From NCBI GenBank assembly GCA_964016885.1, contig OZ024741.1, positions 164,424,001 to 164,488,000 of the forward strand: 64,000 nt of DNA, read 5' to 3'. This DNA is from Eledone cirrhosa. Taxonomy: Eukaryota. Under the pieces are notes generated by a model, which worked only from the letters and a program-made list of their open reading frames with translations, searched no databases and had not been told where the DNA came from. Below, in pieces: positions 36,669 to 51,089 of this stretch (positions are counted from its first letter, which is position 1; the number at the start of each line of letters is the position of its first letter). The translations under genes were made by a program, and so were the position numbers.

Positions 36669-37905
36669 TATATATATATATATATATATAAAATTAATTA
36701 ATACAAAACAAAACTTAGATTGTTGTTAAAATTCCATCTTTAATTTCTACAATTGTTTCTTGGAGATAAATGTAGCACCAGTAGAAAGAATCAATCAATT
36801 AATCTGTCAAACAGTTAATAATTAATAATCTAAATGGCACTCAAGCATATATCCCATTTCGTCAGGAAAAATAGCTAGTCATTGAGTTACTTAACACATC
36901 CAGAAAAAATAGTATTAATTATTTATGCTCTGTGGATTTCACTGTCTTCATCTACCAGTACCATGGAGTGTACCTCTGACTTTAATTGATGCATGCTGTA
37001 AATGTGAATAATGCATCAAGCTTGATGCACCTTACCAAAATAATAGGGGATTATTCCACTCTCATTATCTCTGTATGTGTATATATATATATGTGTGTAT
37101 GCATGTGTGTGTGTGTATGTATATATGTATTGTTTTATGTCCATTTTCCATGGTTTGTCACAGTCCTAGACTGAATGAGGTCAGGAGGACCATGTGTTGC
37201 TCATATGCTCTATTTTTGGCATGATTTCTACAGCATGTTACTCTTCCCAATGCCTTCTACCTTACAAAGTGTACTGAGTGCATTTCCTCATGGCACCAAC
37301 ACTAAAGAGGTTGTTGTGACCTTAACAGGGTGAAGAGTGGCAGTAATGGAAGGTGGTAGGTGATAGTATCATGGAAGAAAACCTGTGGTAGGAGAAGAAA
37401 AGATAGGGAGAGTGATGGGTGGTGAATGTTAGGAGGGAACTTGGGGAGAAAGAGTGATGGCTGGTTGCACAGTAGGGGTTGTAAGTGGGGAATACATTTG
37501 TAAGATTGTAGACAAGGGGAAGGGATTGGATATGTATACAGAATTAAAGGTAACCCTCTTCATGAAGGCAGTAGGAGTCTGAAAGATCCTAAGCTATCAA
37601 AAGTTTTGTGGGTAGTGTAGTATAGAGAATCTGAGAAAAGGTGAATGAGAGAGATTCAGATGATCAGAGAGGGAGCTGTAGTAGGTAGGACACTTGAGAA
37701 GGTAAGAGGGTGTGTTTGGCAGCTTAAGAGAAAAGCAGGGTGTTTAACAAAAGTGTATAGTGTGCCCTGTTGGTAGCAATGGATGAGTTTTTTCTAGCAC
37801 CATGAGCCACCAATCATCAGTCATTAGTTCTCTCTATTATGGGGTCCAGCTTCTTGAGGTCAATTTTCACTACTTTATCCCATGTTGTCCTTTATTATTT
37901 ACAAA

Positions 37906-38099
37906 GGCGTTGGATTGGCAGTATTGGTAGAGGATCGTACGCCATGCTTTGACGCATAGAGTTACGGCCCTCGCCATTCTGAGTTCAAATCCCGCCGAGG
38001 TTAACTTTGCCTTTCATCCTTACGGGGGTCGATAAAATAAAGTAGCAGTAATACACTGGGATAATTGTTGGCCTTGTGCCAAAAGTAGAAACAATTATT
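37906..38099 (+). mobile_element. SINE family A
   Basis: This is a full-length copy with A and B boxes. Confidence 0.9.
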
Positions 38100-38478
38100 T
38101 ACATGTTTCAGAAAGAGATCAGAAATATGAATTTAATGGTAGAGTGAGATATCTGGCACGAGAATGTTTCCCTGGTTTGATCGGAAGATCTGCTGAGAGG
38201 ATATATATGTGTGTGTGTATATATATATATTTATATATATATGTGGTTGTGTAAGTGTCACAATAAAAAGCGCCCAGCACACACTGTAAAGTAGTTGTGT
38301 AAGTGTCACAACCAAAAGCACACAGTACACACTGTAAATGTGGTCAGTGTTAGAAAGGGCATCCAGCCATAAAAATCTAAGCCAAAATCAGTTCTATATG
38401 AGCAAGACATGATCATCTGACCTGGCTTGTCTCACAATGGGACAACTCGTCTAACCCATGCTAGTGATGATGATGATG

Positions 38479-38509
<31 letters not shown>

Positions 38510-38510
<1 letters not shown>

Positions 38511-38810
38511 ACTGGCACTCTGTAGGTTACAGTGGCAAGTGTTCCTGTTGATATGAGCAATGGAACAGCCTGCTCATGAAATTAACATGCAAGTGGCTGA
38601 GCATTTCAGAGACACACTTACCCTCAACAGAGTTCTCAGGCCGATTCAGTATCACACAAAATGCAACAAGACTGTCCCATTGAATTACTGGTACAACTCA
38701 TTTTTGTTAGCTGAGTGGACTGGAGCAAGATGAAATAAAGTGTCTTGCTCAAAGACACAATGCGTACCAGGAAGTGAACTTACAAATACCCTAACCACTA
38801 AGCCTCGTGC
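38510..38810 (-). mobile_element. SINE with family B-like core and a fourth tail type (partial copy about 48645-48775)
   Basis: It has the core GCTGAGTGGACTGGAGCAA..GAAATAAAGTGTCTTGCTC. The tail GGAACAGCCTGCTCATGAAATTAACATG is shared with about 48650. Confidence 0.7.
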
Positions 38811-40087
38811 TTAACATATATATATATATATATATATATACACGCACAAACATACAATTACACATACATATACAGCTGACTTTGCACATTTTCCCTATAC
38901 AAAATCTATTTCATAACATTGGTAAACCCAAGCCTATGGTAAGAAGAGACTTGTCCAAAATGATGCACATTGAAATCAAACCCCAAACCACATTATTACA
39001 AAGCAAACTTCTTAACCACATGGAGATTATAATTTTTGTTTTACTCTTAATCTCATCTTTAGAGATTAAAACTATTTTGATAATCATTTAATCCAATATC
39101 TGTTTCCTATTATAATCATGAATGCCAGTAGTTAGATACATAAAATGTGTAATGCACAACAATATTTTGATTACATAATTATAATGTTCAGAACAACTTG
39201 TAATAAATATTAGCAAATCTCACCAGTCCCCACCCACTATCAATTGTGTTTGTGAGTATTGAAGTATTACTATATTTGCTGATGGTTATAGATTACATAT
39301 AACTAGAGTCAACTAATGCTGTTGTTTGTTATTTGATCAGAATGACACAACTGGTGTATATCAGCAGAACAAACATATCATGTACTCTTAACCTTCTGGA
39401 CACTACAGGTGCATTATGTCGCTAATAGAGTAATCTCCCCTTAACATATAATGCAGTGTCAAGGGAGGCAATTCATACAAATTTCTAACGTGCTAAAGGT
39501 TAAAGAAGAATTGGTGAGGGATTTTCTGACAGCCGTCTATAAGAAGATGTAATAAAATTAAATATAGGCATATTGGTGTGTGTGTCATTAAATATGCCAG
39601 ATAAGATTCATTGTAGCGTTTGTTCTGGGTTCAAATCCAGCTGTGGCCTAATTAAAGGGTAGGCTTGCTCAGTCACATGGCTTAATGTCATCAGCTAGCT
39701 CTTGAATTCCTTTAGCAGAATCCACCCTGTTGGAAGCATTTGGATCAAGTCTCTACATTAGAAATATCTTCTTCCTTTCCTTCCTCCAATCACAGGGCCC
39801 CTTCCCTTCATAACTAAACAGTAAAAATAAAGCAGACACGCACACATATATAGATACATATATATATGAGAGATAGGGGGGATGGAAGAAGGTGAGGAAG
39901 TCTTCAGTTAGTCCCCCCCCACACACACACTTAAAGCAATATGTCTACTTAATAATCACATGTGTTAGTCAATGATTATCAATGTAATATTTTTCTAGAG
40001 AAACAGATCTATTTTGGAATGGATATTTTGAAATAGATTTCTTAGAAAAAAGTCTGAAAATCAAAAGTGAAAAGAGCATGGTTCATT

Positions 40088-42592
40088 TTTACCATCCACT
40101 AACAATACTACCATCACACTCAGAAACTTTACCATCCACTAAGGATAGTACCATCACACCTACCAACTTTACCATCCACTAACAATACTACCATGCCACT
40201 TACCTTCCACTAACAATACGGCCATCACACCTACTAACCTTACCACTCACCAACGATATAGCCATCACACCTACTAACCTTACCACTCACCAACGATATA
40301 GCCATCACACCTACTAACCTTACCATCCACCAACGATATAGCCATCACACCTACTAACCTTACCACTCACCAACGATATAGCCATCCCACCTACTAACCT
40401 TACCACTCACCAACGATATAGCCATCACACCTACTAACCTTACCACTCACCAACGATATAGCCATCACACCTACTAACCTTACCACTCACCAACGATATA
40501 GCCATCACACCTACTAACCTTACCATCCACCAACGATATAGCCATCACACCTACTAACCTTACCATCCACCAACGATATAGCCATCCCACCTACTAATCT
40601 TACCATCCACCAACGATATAGCCATCCCACCTACTAACCTTACCACTCACCAACGATATAGCCATCCCACCTACTAACCTTACCCCTCACCAACGATATA
40701 GCCATCCCACCTACTAACCTTACCCCTCACCAACGATATAGCCATCCCACCTACTAACCTTACCATCCACCAACGATATAGCCATCCCACCTACTAACCT
40801 TACCACTCAGCAACGATATAGCCATCCCACCTACTAACCTTACCATCCACCAACGATATAGCCATCCCACCTACTAACCTTACCACTCACCAACGATATA
40901 GCCATCCCACCTACTAACCTTACCACTCACCAACGATATAGCCATCCCACCTACTAACCTTACCCCTCACCAACGATATAGCCATCCCACCTACTAACCT
41001 TACCCCTCACCAACGATATAGCCATCCCACCTACTAACCTTACCATCCACCAACGATATAGCCATCACACCTACTAACCTTACCACTCACCAACGATATA
41101 GCCATCCCACCTACTAACCTTACCATCCACCAACGATATAGCCATCACACCTACTAACCTTACCACTCACCAACGATATAGCCATCCCACCTACTAACCT
41201 TACCCCTCACCAACGATATAGCCATCCCACCTACTAACCTTACCCCTCACCAACGATATAGCCATCCCACCTACTAACCTTACCATCCACCAACGATATA
41301 GCCATCCCACCTACTAACCTTACCATCCACCAACGATATAGCCATCCCACCTACTAACCTTACCATCCACCAACGATATAGCCATCCCACCTACTAACCT
41401 TACCATCCACCAACGATATAGCCATCACACCTACTAACCTTACCACTCACCAACGATATAGCCATCCCACCTACTAACCTTACCCCTCACCAACGATATA
41501 GCCATCCCACCTACTAACCTTACCCCTCACCAACGATATAGCCATCCCACCTACTAACCTTACCATCCACCAACGATATAGCCATCCCACCTACTAACCT
41601 TACCACTCAGCAACGATATAGCCATCCCACCTACTAACCTTACCATCCACCAACGATATAGCCATCCCACCTACTAACCTTACCACTCACCAACGATATA
41701 GCCATCCCACCTACTAACCTTACCACTCACCAACGATATAGCCATCCCACCTACTAACCTTACCCCTCACCAACGATATAGCCATCCCACCTACTAACCT
41801 TACCCCTCACCAACGATATAGCCATCCCACCTACTAACCTTACCATCCACCAACGATATAGCCATCCCACCTACTAACCTTACCACTCAGCAACGATATA
41901 GCCATCCCACCTACTAACCTTACCATCCACCAACGATATAGCCATCCCACCTACTAACCTTACCACTCACCAACGATATAGCCATCCCACCTACTAACCT
42001 TACCACTCACCAACGATATAGCCATCCCACCTACTAACCTTACCCCTCACCAACGATATAGCCATCCCACCTACTAACCTTACCCCTCACCAACGATATA
42101 GCCATCCCACCTACTAACCTTACCATCCACCAACGATATAGCCATCACACCTACTAACCTTACCACTCACCAACGATATAGCCATCCCACCTACTAACCT
42201 TACCATCCACCAACGATATAGCCATCACACCTACTAACCTTACCACTCACCAACGATATAGCCATCCCACCTACTAACCTTACCCCTCACCAACGATATA
42301 GCCATCCCACCTACTAACCTTACCATCCACCAACGATATAGCCATCACACCTACTAACCTTACCACTCACCAACGATATAGCCATCCCACCTACTAATCT
42401 TACCATCCACCAACTTTACCATCCACTAAAGATACCACCATCACACCAACCAACTTTACCATCCACTAAGGATACTACCATTGCATCTACCAACTTTACC
42501 ATCCACTAAGGATACTACCATTGCATCTACCAACTTTACCATCCACTAAGGATACTACTATTGCATCTACCAAATCTATCATCCACTAAGAT
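40088..42592. repeat. 40-bp minisatellite, about 55 core copies plus diverged edges
   Basis: The unit is GCCATCCCACCTACTAACCTTACCACTCACCAACGATATA with recurring variants. Confidence 0.98.
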
Positions 42593-42984
42593 TCAGCTAT
42601 CAAACCTAGGTTAGTGTTGTGCTATATGGAAGACTTAGAACATTTATTTTTAGTCATTACTTTAGTCTCAGAATCGGTGTAGAATTTGACATGATGGATA
42701 TTATTAACATTCTGCTGAACTGTTCTCACACATAATTTACTATTGTTGGAGAGAGAGAGAGAGACTTCCAAGGAAGAATAGATAATGTAACCATAGAAAT
42801 ATAACAGCAAATGCTAGCTACAATGCTTAGCATAGAAAAGATCAGAGAGGAGATCCAGTTCATTCGGAATGCATTTAAATCATCCTTGCTATTTCAAGAC
42901 TGAAAGTTGATCAGTAAGTTAAGATAGAATTTCTTTGCAAAGTGAACAACCATTATGAAATGTATCTCATAATAATTTCAATAT

Positions 42985-43408
42985 AATTAGGTGCAAAACC
43001 AGCAAGTTGTGGTGTGGGGAAAGTTAATTATATTGACCCAGTATTTGTCTAGTACTATATTTTATCCTCCCAGGAGGAATGAAAAGCAACGTCGACTTTG
43101 GTGGAATTTGAACTCAGAACATAGAGGTTCATAATGATATAATACAATGCATGATCCTGCTAATCCACCACCCTTGAATGTATCTAATAATGGTTTCTAG
43201 TTTAGACACAAGGTCAACAATTTGGGGGGAAGGGAAAGTTTATTAAATCGACCCTAGTGCATTACTGGTATATTATTTTATTGACCTCTTAAGGATGAAA
43301 GGCAAAGCTAACATTGGCAGGATTTGAACTCAGATCATAAAAGGGCGTCACCCTATGCCATAAAGCATGTTGTCTGACCCGCTAACAACACTGCTAATCC
43401 ACCGCCCT
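42985..43408 (-). mobile_element. Two tandem SINE family A copies (older variants)
   Basis: GGATGAAAGGCAAAG and GGATTTGAACTCAG cores lie at about 43080 and 43293, and both copies end in TAATCCACC(A/G)CCC. Confidence 0.8.
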
Positions 43409-44010
43409 AAATGTATTTTAATACTGATTTTCTATATAATTAGGTACAGGCATGGCTATAGACACAGAAGACACTGTGTAGTTATGAAGTTTATTTCGTA
43501 ATCATGTAGTTTCAGGTTCTGTCCCACTGAGTGGAAGCTTATTGTATGCTCACACAAATATATATATGTATGTATGGCATGCATGTCTGGTCCCATAACT
43601 CCTGAGGGAATCATAGGGGTGCTATATTGACATACAGCATTTCTAGGGTATTTTTTTAAGCTGGGAGAGCCCATCTCCTTCGATATCTATATACAGGATA
43701 GAGAGTGAGAGAATTGAAATGAGAAAAAGATATAGAGGAAGAATCTACCCCAGTACTAGACTGGTACTTTTATTATCAGCCTTGAATGGATGAAAGACAA
43801 AGTTGACTTCGGCGGGATTTAAGCTCAGAGAGCAGAGAGGGGAAACGAACACCACAAAGCATCCTTTCTGACATTCTAAGAACTCTACCAATTTGGCGCC
43901 TATTTATATATATGTATATATATATATATTTATTTTGCAATGTTTTTGATATGAGTGTGTTCTATTATTATTTCTGGCAATATTATAACAATATGACCCT
44001 CCCCAAATAT

Positions 44011-44041
<31 letters not shown>

Positions 44042-44045
<4 letters not shown>

Positions 44046-45052
44046 AAGAAAAAGCGAAGTAATTTCAGATGTTAAAGTCCTTTAATGATAATACTGTGAT
44101 TTACGCTCCGTTCTACTGTAAGGTACTATCGTTCAATATGTAGATAATATATCTGTAACATTGATCCCCCTTTCAAAACTTCTTACTATAACTTAAACAT
44201 TTCCCTATTTATTAGTTATTATATGTACTGGATTGGCAGTATCGGTAGAGAGTCGGAAGCCATGCTTTCCAGCATAGTTATGTCCCTTTACGATCTGAGT
44301 TCAAATCCCGCCGAGGTTGACTTTGCCTTTCATCCTTACGGGGGTCGATAAAATAAAGTACCAGTAATGCACTGGGTAATTGCTGGCCTTGTGCCTAAAG
44401 TAGAAACAATTATATGTACATATATTTTTTTACTTACGTCAATCTAGATTCTAACTTGTAATCTTTTTAACTTTTGATTTTTGACTTTTAATTTTTAGTG
44501 TTAATTTCCACTGTGAAACCATAATACCTAGAAATAAGTATATATTCTCTTAGCGGTTGATGGTCAATTCTACTGCCCATGCTTAATTTAGGGGTTGTAT
44601 TAAGACCTATTGATATTCATACTCTCCCACCCCACTAGCTTTCGGCCGGCTGCCACTAACAGGGTGGCTAGCAGTAAGCTATAACCATGTCATATTACAG
44701 GCCCGGATGGGGTCATTGTTTGGTTGAGAGGGGGACCTGCCTAGGCGAGTTTCGTAGAACTCTGCGGTAGTTGATGGTCAACTTCCTTCGGACTTGCGCC
44801 TGCGCAGACCGGTGGGGGTGAATTGGGACTCACAAGGGAACGGGCGAAGAACTCAAGAGCACACGCTTTGTCTGTTCCCATGTCGATTCAATTTGGATTG
44901 CCTCAGAAACATAACCTTATTATGTAACAAGCTGTCTGATGATGTCACTGGGCACACCGAAACGTGTGGCCACTGCCGTCATTAAAATATGTATCACAGC
45001 ATTATCATTAAAGGACTTTAACATTTGAAACTACTTCGCTTTTTCTTATTCG
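44042..45052. mobile_element. About 1-kb element with 50-55-bp terminal inverted repeats in TA tract, probable Penelope-like derivative
   Basis: AATAAGAAAAAGCGAAGTAATTTCAGATGTTAAAGTCCTTTAATGATAAT at the left end has its near reverse complement at 45001-45050. A CTGATGA..GAAACGTGT motif lies at 44936-44967, and a SINE is nested inside. Confidence 0.65.
44229..44412 (+). mobile_element. SINE family A nested in the 44042-45052 element
   Basis: This is a full-length copy. Confidence 0.9.
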
Positions 45053-45313
45053 ATATATACTCTGTCCCTCCTATGTGGAAAAAGTACGTTGAGTGCTTGA
45101 ATTGAATTGCATCAATGTTTATCTTAATATATATACATATATATTTGAGTGCATGTCTGTGATTATGCCCAATAACATAGCTTTTCAATAAATAAAGATC
45201 AATAGAATATGTACTGATCTTGAAAAAAAGGTATTGGGGTCAATATGATTGATTAAATCTCTTGAAAGCAGTAAAAAAAATTAAAGAACACACGCAATAC
45301 ATATATATGTATG

Positions 45314-45348
<35 letters not shown>

Positions 45349-45424
45349 GTTTCTCTTTCTCTTAATTTCGAGTACATTTTTGACTGGCCACCTTCCTGGT
45401 GGCAAGGTTGTAAAAGAAAAGAAA

Positions 45425-45688
45425 TCATCCCTTGAATTGCAAGAATGTTTTGCAAATTTTGAAGGTTCCAGCTATAGCATCCATTTGTACTCTATGAATT
45501 AGGGAGCTGCACTCTGTGTCCACAAATTCGAGTTCAGTTATACTTTGGTCCAAGTGGGTTGGTATATAACCTGTAGCTCCAACAATGATGGGTATAAAGC
45601 TGAAGGTGTATCTTGGATACTGGATCTGCAAACTCCTCATCAATGGTCCGTAGATGTCCTCCTTCTCCTGTATTTTTCTTACAACGTT
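45425..45688 (-). mobile_element. C-terminal fragment of a second RLE-type non-LTR retrotransposon
   Basis: It reads NVVRKIQEKEDIYGPLMRSLQIQYPRYTFSFIPIIVGATGYIP...GTFKICKTFL, showing the EKxxxYxxL and PIIVGAxG motifs. Confidence 0.7.
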
Positions 45689-47199
45689 GAATGTATCTAT
45701 ATATGTATGTATGTGTGTGTATGTACTTATATATATATATTTATGAAATGTGTTGAGGATACTAAACTATAATATAAATCATCATCATCATCATCATCAT
45801 CACCACTGTTTAATGCCCATTCTTCCATACTAGTATGGGTTAGATGAGTTGTCCCATTGTGAGACAAGTGAGATCAGATAACCATGTCTAGCTCATAGAG
45901 AACTGATTCTACTGCACAAGATTTGAGAGTAAATCATGCAACCAATAAAAACATATAAAAATTAGCACTGTTTTGATCATATATAGATATATATCAATGT
46001 GATTGGGTAAAATCCTCTTCCCCGTGGCAATATCACATCACCATAACCAACAACTACAATTACTGGTTTCATCAACCATAGTAAGAGTTTACAGCAACAA
46101 TTCCCTTGACTCACTGAGATACATGTCACTTATTTGCCACTGGAAATATTAGAATAATGAAAATTATTGTGTACAGTGTTCAGGTGCACTACAACTCAAC
46201 AAAGGTACATGTATAGTACATAGAATAATGTACAAATGTCAGGAAAGTGAACAGTGTATGAGTCATAATATACACACAGATACATGCCCGTGTGTATATG
46301 GTGGGTTTATGTTCACGTTTCTAGTTAAGTGATAAGAAACACAGGAACACTCATAGCTGACAACAGAAGAAATTCCATAGCACGTGAATTTAAATTTGGT
46401 TGATTGCCTGACCAACCCATAATGATTGTAAGTGTATATAAAATGGCAGTAAAACTTTATCTAGCAGTGTGACTTATACATGAGTATATACATTACGTGA
46501 AAGATTTAGGATGGCTATCCATAAAATAGAGAGTATTTGAATTAGTGTTAATGGACAGGAGTAAATAAGAGTAGAATCTGACATGTTTGGTGATTAGAGA
46601 GGATTAGCAGTGGATTAGATGATTAGCAGTAATGTTGTGGTTTGTGAATAAAACCAAAACCAAACAACATAGTGTTATTTAGCAAGAATAAACAGAAGAC
46701 AGTCTTAAAATGTTTGTGAGTGATGGTGGTGAAGGGATTAAAGACATTTTCACAGTAAAACCTGAAAGATATTAAAAATGGCTAATCATAATACTGTTTC
46801 TGTTTATGATAATTGTACATATATATATGTGTGTAGGTGTGTGTATACACAAACATACATACCTATATACCTATATACACATTGATATATATATGCAGTA
46901 AATAATATATATATATATATATATGCATACACACACATACATACATACATATTGAGGTATATATATATATATACCACAAACATATGTCAATGCACAACTA
47001 GATACATTATACATACAACACCATACATATATATGTGTGTGTGCTCATCATAGAAACACAATCATGCACATGTGCATGTATGTATGTGGTAAGTTATTAT
47101 ACACATGTACACACACACACATATATATGTATATATATATATATATGTTAAGTATTTCTGTAGAAAATGTAATGGAAAAAATGTGTTGTTTATTATATA

Positions 47200-47252
<53 letters not shown>

Positions 47253-47410
47253 ATACTCATCTTTTTCCATTTATCTGAGGGTTCTAAACCGCACTATCAG
47301 GCTAAAAATTTCTTTAGTCAAAAATACGGTGAAAGCTTATATTTCTAATTTCAAACTCGCTCACTGTTTCAAAACATACTTACATATATATATATATATA
47401 TATATATATA

Positions 47411-47796
47411 GTGGTTAGAACATTGGGCTTGCAATCGAAAGGTTGTAAGTTCAATTCTCAGACCAGGTGATGTGTTGTTTCCTTGAGCAAGACAGACACT
47501 TTATTTCACATTGCTCCAGTTTACTCAGCTGTAAAAATGAGATGATAGGGACTGGGGTCCCTATCATTCCACTGTAAAGTGGTCGTGGAGGTGCCACAGC
47601 AAAAAAGCGCCCAGCTCACACTGTAGAGTGGACGTGTAGGTGCCACAGAAAAAAAGCACCCAGCACTCACTGTAAATGAGGTTGGTGTTAGGAAGGGCAT
47701 CCAGCTGTAGAAATCAAGCCAGAATCAGTTCCCATCCCACCCTTGCAAGCAGGGAAAAGCGGACGTAAAATGATGATGATGATGATGATGATGATG
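47411..47796 (+). mobile_element. tRNA-derived SINE family B with RTE-LINE-like 3' tail
   Basis: The head is GTGGTTAG..GTTCAATTC and the central part is CCTTGAGCAAGACAC..TTGCTCCAG (CORE-like, from memory). The tail is GGTTGGTGTTAGGAAGGGCATCCAGC...(GAT)n. Confidence 0.85.
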
Positions 47797-47947
47797 AGGA
47801 CCGAGATGGCTGAGCTATAGCCGTTTCGAAACGGCCGGAGCTCAGCTGTCGAGGTCCTGACTCTTTTCCTATTACCCACTCTACCACCCTAAGTATTGAG
47901 TACTCTGGTGCGTTATGGTCCACCTGGTATCTTACCACACCCTTTTT
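47797..47947 (+). mobile_element. Copy of the terminal-hairpin family in opposite orientation
   Basis: It is the reverse complement of the 4222-4345 body, with a hairpin centred on TTTCGAAA. Confidence 0.7.
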
Positions 47948-48319
47948 GTTATATATATATATGATAAAGTTATATCTGTATAAATACAGATTGTGTAATT
48001 GATACTGCACCAATGTGTATAATATACACATATATCTAACATGTAGGGAGGTAACTATACCAGAGAAAACAATTTTCCTGGTAAATTGAAAAAAAACTGA
48101 TAATCATTTTTAATTGATTTTCAGAACTTATTGGGCCATCATCATAAGATGTGTATATCCTCCAATCAACCACAAGGAAACATGTATTTGAAGGGTATAT
48201 ATATTCATTCACTCTTAGTATTATCCTGAAAAGAACATACTAATTTGCATATAATTAGTGTTGGTAATTAATTAAGATATATAATAAGAAGTGCACAAGC
48301 AACTGAAGTGTATGATATC

Positions 48320-48566
48320 TTCTTCTTCAGCCACTTATTCTTGAGGGGGTCATGGCCTGATTTCTCAAACACTCCTTCCAGTGGGTCCTGTCAGAAGCAA
48401 CCGTCTCCAACTGATCCGGTTGGTTCCTCAAGCGAGACCAGCCAAGCTCATGGATGTTATCCAACCATCTTGCTTGGCGTCTACTACCCGGTTTCCTGCC
48501 AGTTGGTTTTGCCTGTAAAATCTGTCCAGCAATTTTTTCCTGAGACATTCTAACCACATGCCCAAG
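48320..48566 (-). mobile_element. RTE/Expander-like LINE 3' fragment related to 59946-60530
   Basis: It reads GHVVRMSQEKIAGQILQAKPTGR..RWLDNIHELGWSRL and has a GAAGAAGAT tail. Confidence 0.75.
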
Positions 48567-48958
48567 TGTCAGAGCTTATATATAGTACAATGGAATGGAA
48601 TAGACCACTGCTTGTTTCAACAATGAGTATTCAAGTTGTTCAATGACTGGAATAGCCTGCTCATGAAATTAACATGTAAGTGGCTGAGCATTCAACATAC
48701 ACATGTACTCTTAACTAGGAGATTCAGCATGGCACAGGGTGTGACAAGGCTGGCGTTTTGAATTACAGGTACAGTCTATCTGACAGACTTCCAGGCAGTT
48801 TTTCTGCTCAATTTCACTCACAGGACATGGGTCAACCTGGGACTATGATAAATTACACTTTCAGAAGATACCACACAGAGGAATCAAATCCAGGACCTAA
48901 TGATTGTCAAGCAAACTTCTTTATCATTCAACCATGCTGCATCCAAAGATATATAAAG

Positions 48959-49173
48959 ATTTCTACTATAGGCACAAGGCCATAAATTTTAGTGGAGGGA
49001 AAAATTGAATAAATCGACCCTAGTGCATTACTGGTGCTTTATTTTATCGATCTCAAAAGGATGAAAGGCAAAACTAACATCAGTGGGATTTGAACTCAGA
49101 ATGGAAAGGGCCGTAACTCTATGCTATGAAGCATGGTGTCTGATGTTCTATTGATTCTGCCAACCTACCGCCC
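48959..49173 (-). mobile_element. SINE family A
   Basis: This is a full-length reverse copy. Confidence 0.85.
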
Positions 49174-49814
49174 TTCCAAAGATATATAATACACACAGAT
49201 ATATACACAATATAACACACTCATCCACATATACAGTAGATATATATATAGAAAGCATGCACAGATGTTCTCATAACATCTTAACTTTCATTTGATTCCT
49301 GATGATGTATATTGATTTGTTCATGTTGTAAAACAACAATAATAACAACAACAACACTAGGAACAACAATGAAAGATGAGCTGATGGAGGAAATTATTAA
49401 AATGAAACTGTAGTATATAATATTTCAATGTATGTGAGGAGGTAAATCACAAACACATAATATTTAATGTTCTGAAATACAAGATTCTATTGAACAACAA
49501 AAGCCGGAAGTATTAATCAAAATAACAGTGTTAATTTATATTAATTATACATTTATATGTCCATATAAGGCAATGAATTTGGTAGTTATTAAAGCATTGA
49601 TATTTGCTCCTGGCTTTTATTGGCTGAGTTCAAATCCTGCAGAGGTCCACTTTGCCTTTCATCCTTTTGTGGTTGATAAAGAAAGTATTAGCCCAGTGCT
49701 GGTACAATCCTCTCTCCTTCCAGCTCTCATATACTGGATGTTTGAGAGAGGGTGTGTGTGTCTGTTCGAAACTACAAATGCACTTAAAACCCTTAGCAAA
49801 ATTGTGGTACATAA

Positions 49815-50385
49815 GAGGGTGGGCTGAAAAGTTCATAGGCCGACTATGAATGAATTATGCTAGAGCTGTGAGAAATCATGCATGCATTAATTTCAACTTT
49901 TCTTATTAATAGCTGCATTGTTGCTTTCCAAGTAAACTGACATCTGACTGTTCAAAAAAGACTTCAAAAGTAACTAGTAGCAACCTCTCTTAAAAATGTA
50001 CAAAATTTGGCATTGTGATGTTAACAAGTACCTGTAACAAGAGGGTTCAGCCCCCAAGGACATTCATGCTGACATGGTTGCTACATTTGGGAATGATGCT
50101 CCAGCTTTATCAACAGTGCAAAAGTGGGCAACTGAATTTAGAAGGTGAAGGGAAAGCCTTGAAGATGACCCAAAGTCTGGACATCCTGCAACAGCCACCA
50201 CCAAGGAAAACATTGATTATGTTAACCACATGGTGATCGATGACAGGCGATTGACTATAAATCTATTGGACAATGCTATTGTGTTTATTGACTATCTTCA
50301 AAAGAGCCAAACTATCAATGAAGAGTACCATGCCAACTTGCTGCGGCAGTTACAACACAGTATTAAGACCAAACACCCAGGTAGG
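49815..50385 (+). mobile_element. Internally deleted mariner transposon remnant
   Basis: A TIR-like GAGGGTGGGCTGAAAAGTTC is followed by the HTH region KDIHADMVATFGNDAPALSTVQKWATEFRR*RESLEDDPKSGHP. This is fused to IVFIDYLQKSQTINEEYHANLLRQL, with stops and a frameshift. Confidence 0.85.
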
Positions 50386-50387
50386 TT

Positions 50388-50890
50388 ACAGTGGAACTGT
50401 GTCAGTGACTAAGTGATAGAGTGACTGTAAAACTATGTCAGTGACTAGGTCAGTGTGACTGTAAAACTGTGTCAGTGACTAGGTCATAGTGTGACTGTAA
50501 AACTGTGACGGTGACTAGGTCATAGTGTGACTGTAAAACTGTGACAGTGACCAGGTCATAGTGTGACTGTAGAAATGTGTCAGTGACTAGGTCATAGTGT
50601 GACTGTAAAACTGTGTCAGTAACTAGGTCATAGTGTGACTGTAAAACTGTCTCAGTGGAACTGTGTCAATGACCAGGTCACAATGTGACAGCAGGACTGT
50701 GTCAGTAACTATGTCACAACAGTGTGAGAGTGGGACTGTGTCAGTGACCAGGTCACAGTGTGACAACAGGACTGTGTCAGTAACCAGGTCATAGTTAGTG
50801 CAGGACTGTCAGTAACAAAGTCACAGTGTGACAGTGTCAGTGACCAGGTAATAGTGTGACAGTGGGACTGTGTCAGTGACCAGGTCACAA
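50388..50890. repeat. About 36-bp minisatellite
   Basis: The unit is CAGTGACTAGGTCATAGTGTGACTGTAAAACTGTGT, diverging to the right. Confidence 0.9.
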
Positions 50891-51047
50891 ACTTGTTCTT
50901 CTCTCCAAATTAGATTGATAATATTTAATCTATTTAACTATTAACATTAATATTCATTTGATAATATTTAATTTATTCTATATAAAATGAGGCATGTTTA
51001 GATTCTTGAAACATTTTTGTTTTTCAAATAAGCACACATATTCATAC

Positions 51048-51089
<42 letters not shown>

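Noticed and set aside
17394-42592. Regular repeat arrays as possible CRISPR arrays
   Set aside because: The units are contiguous without unique spacers, there are no cas genes, and the context is a eukaryotic intron.
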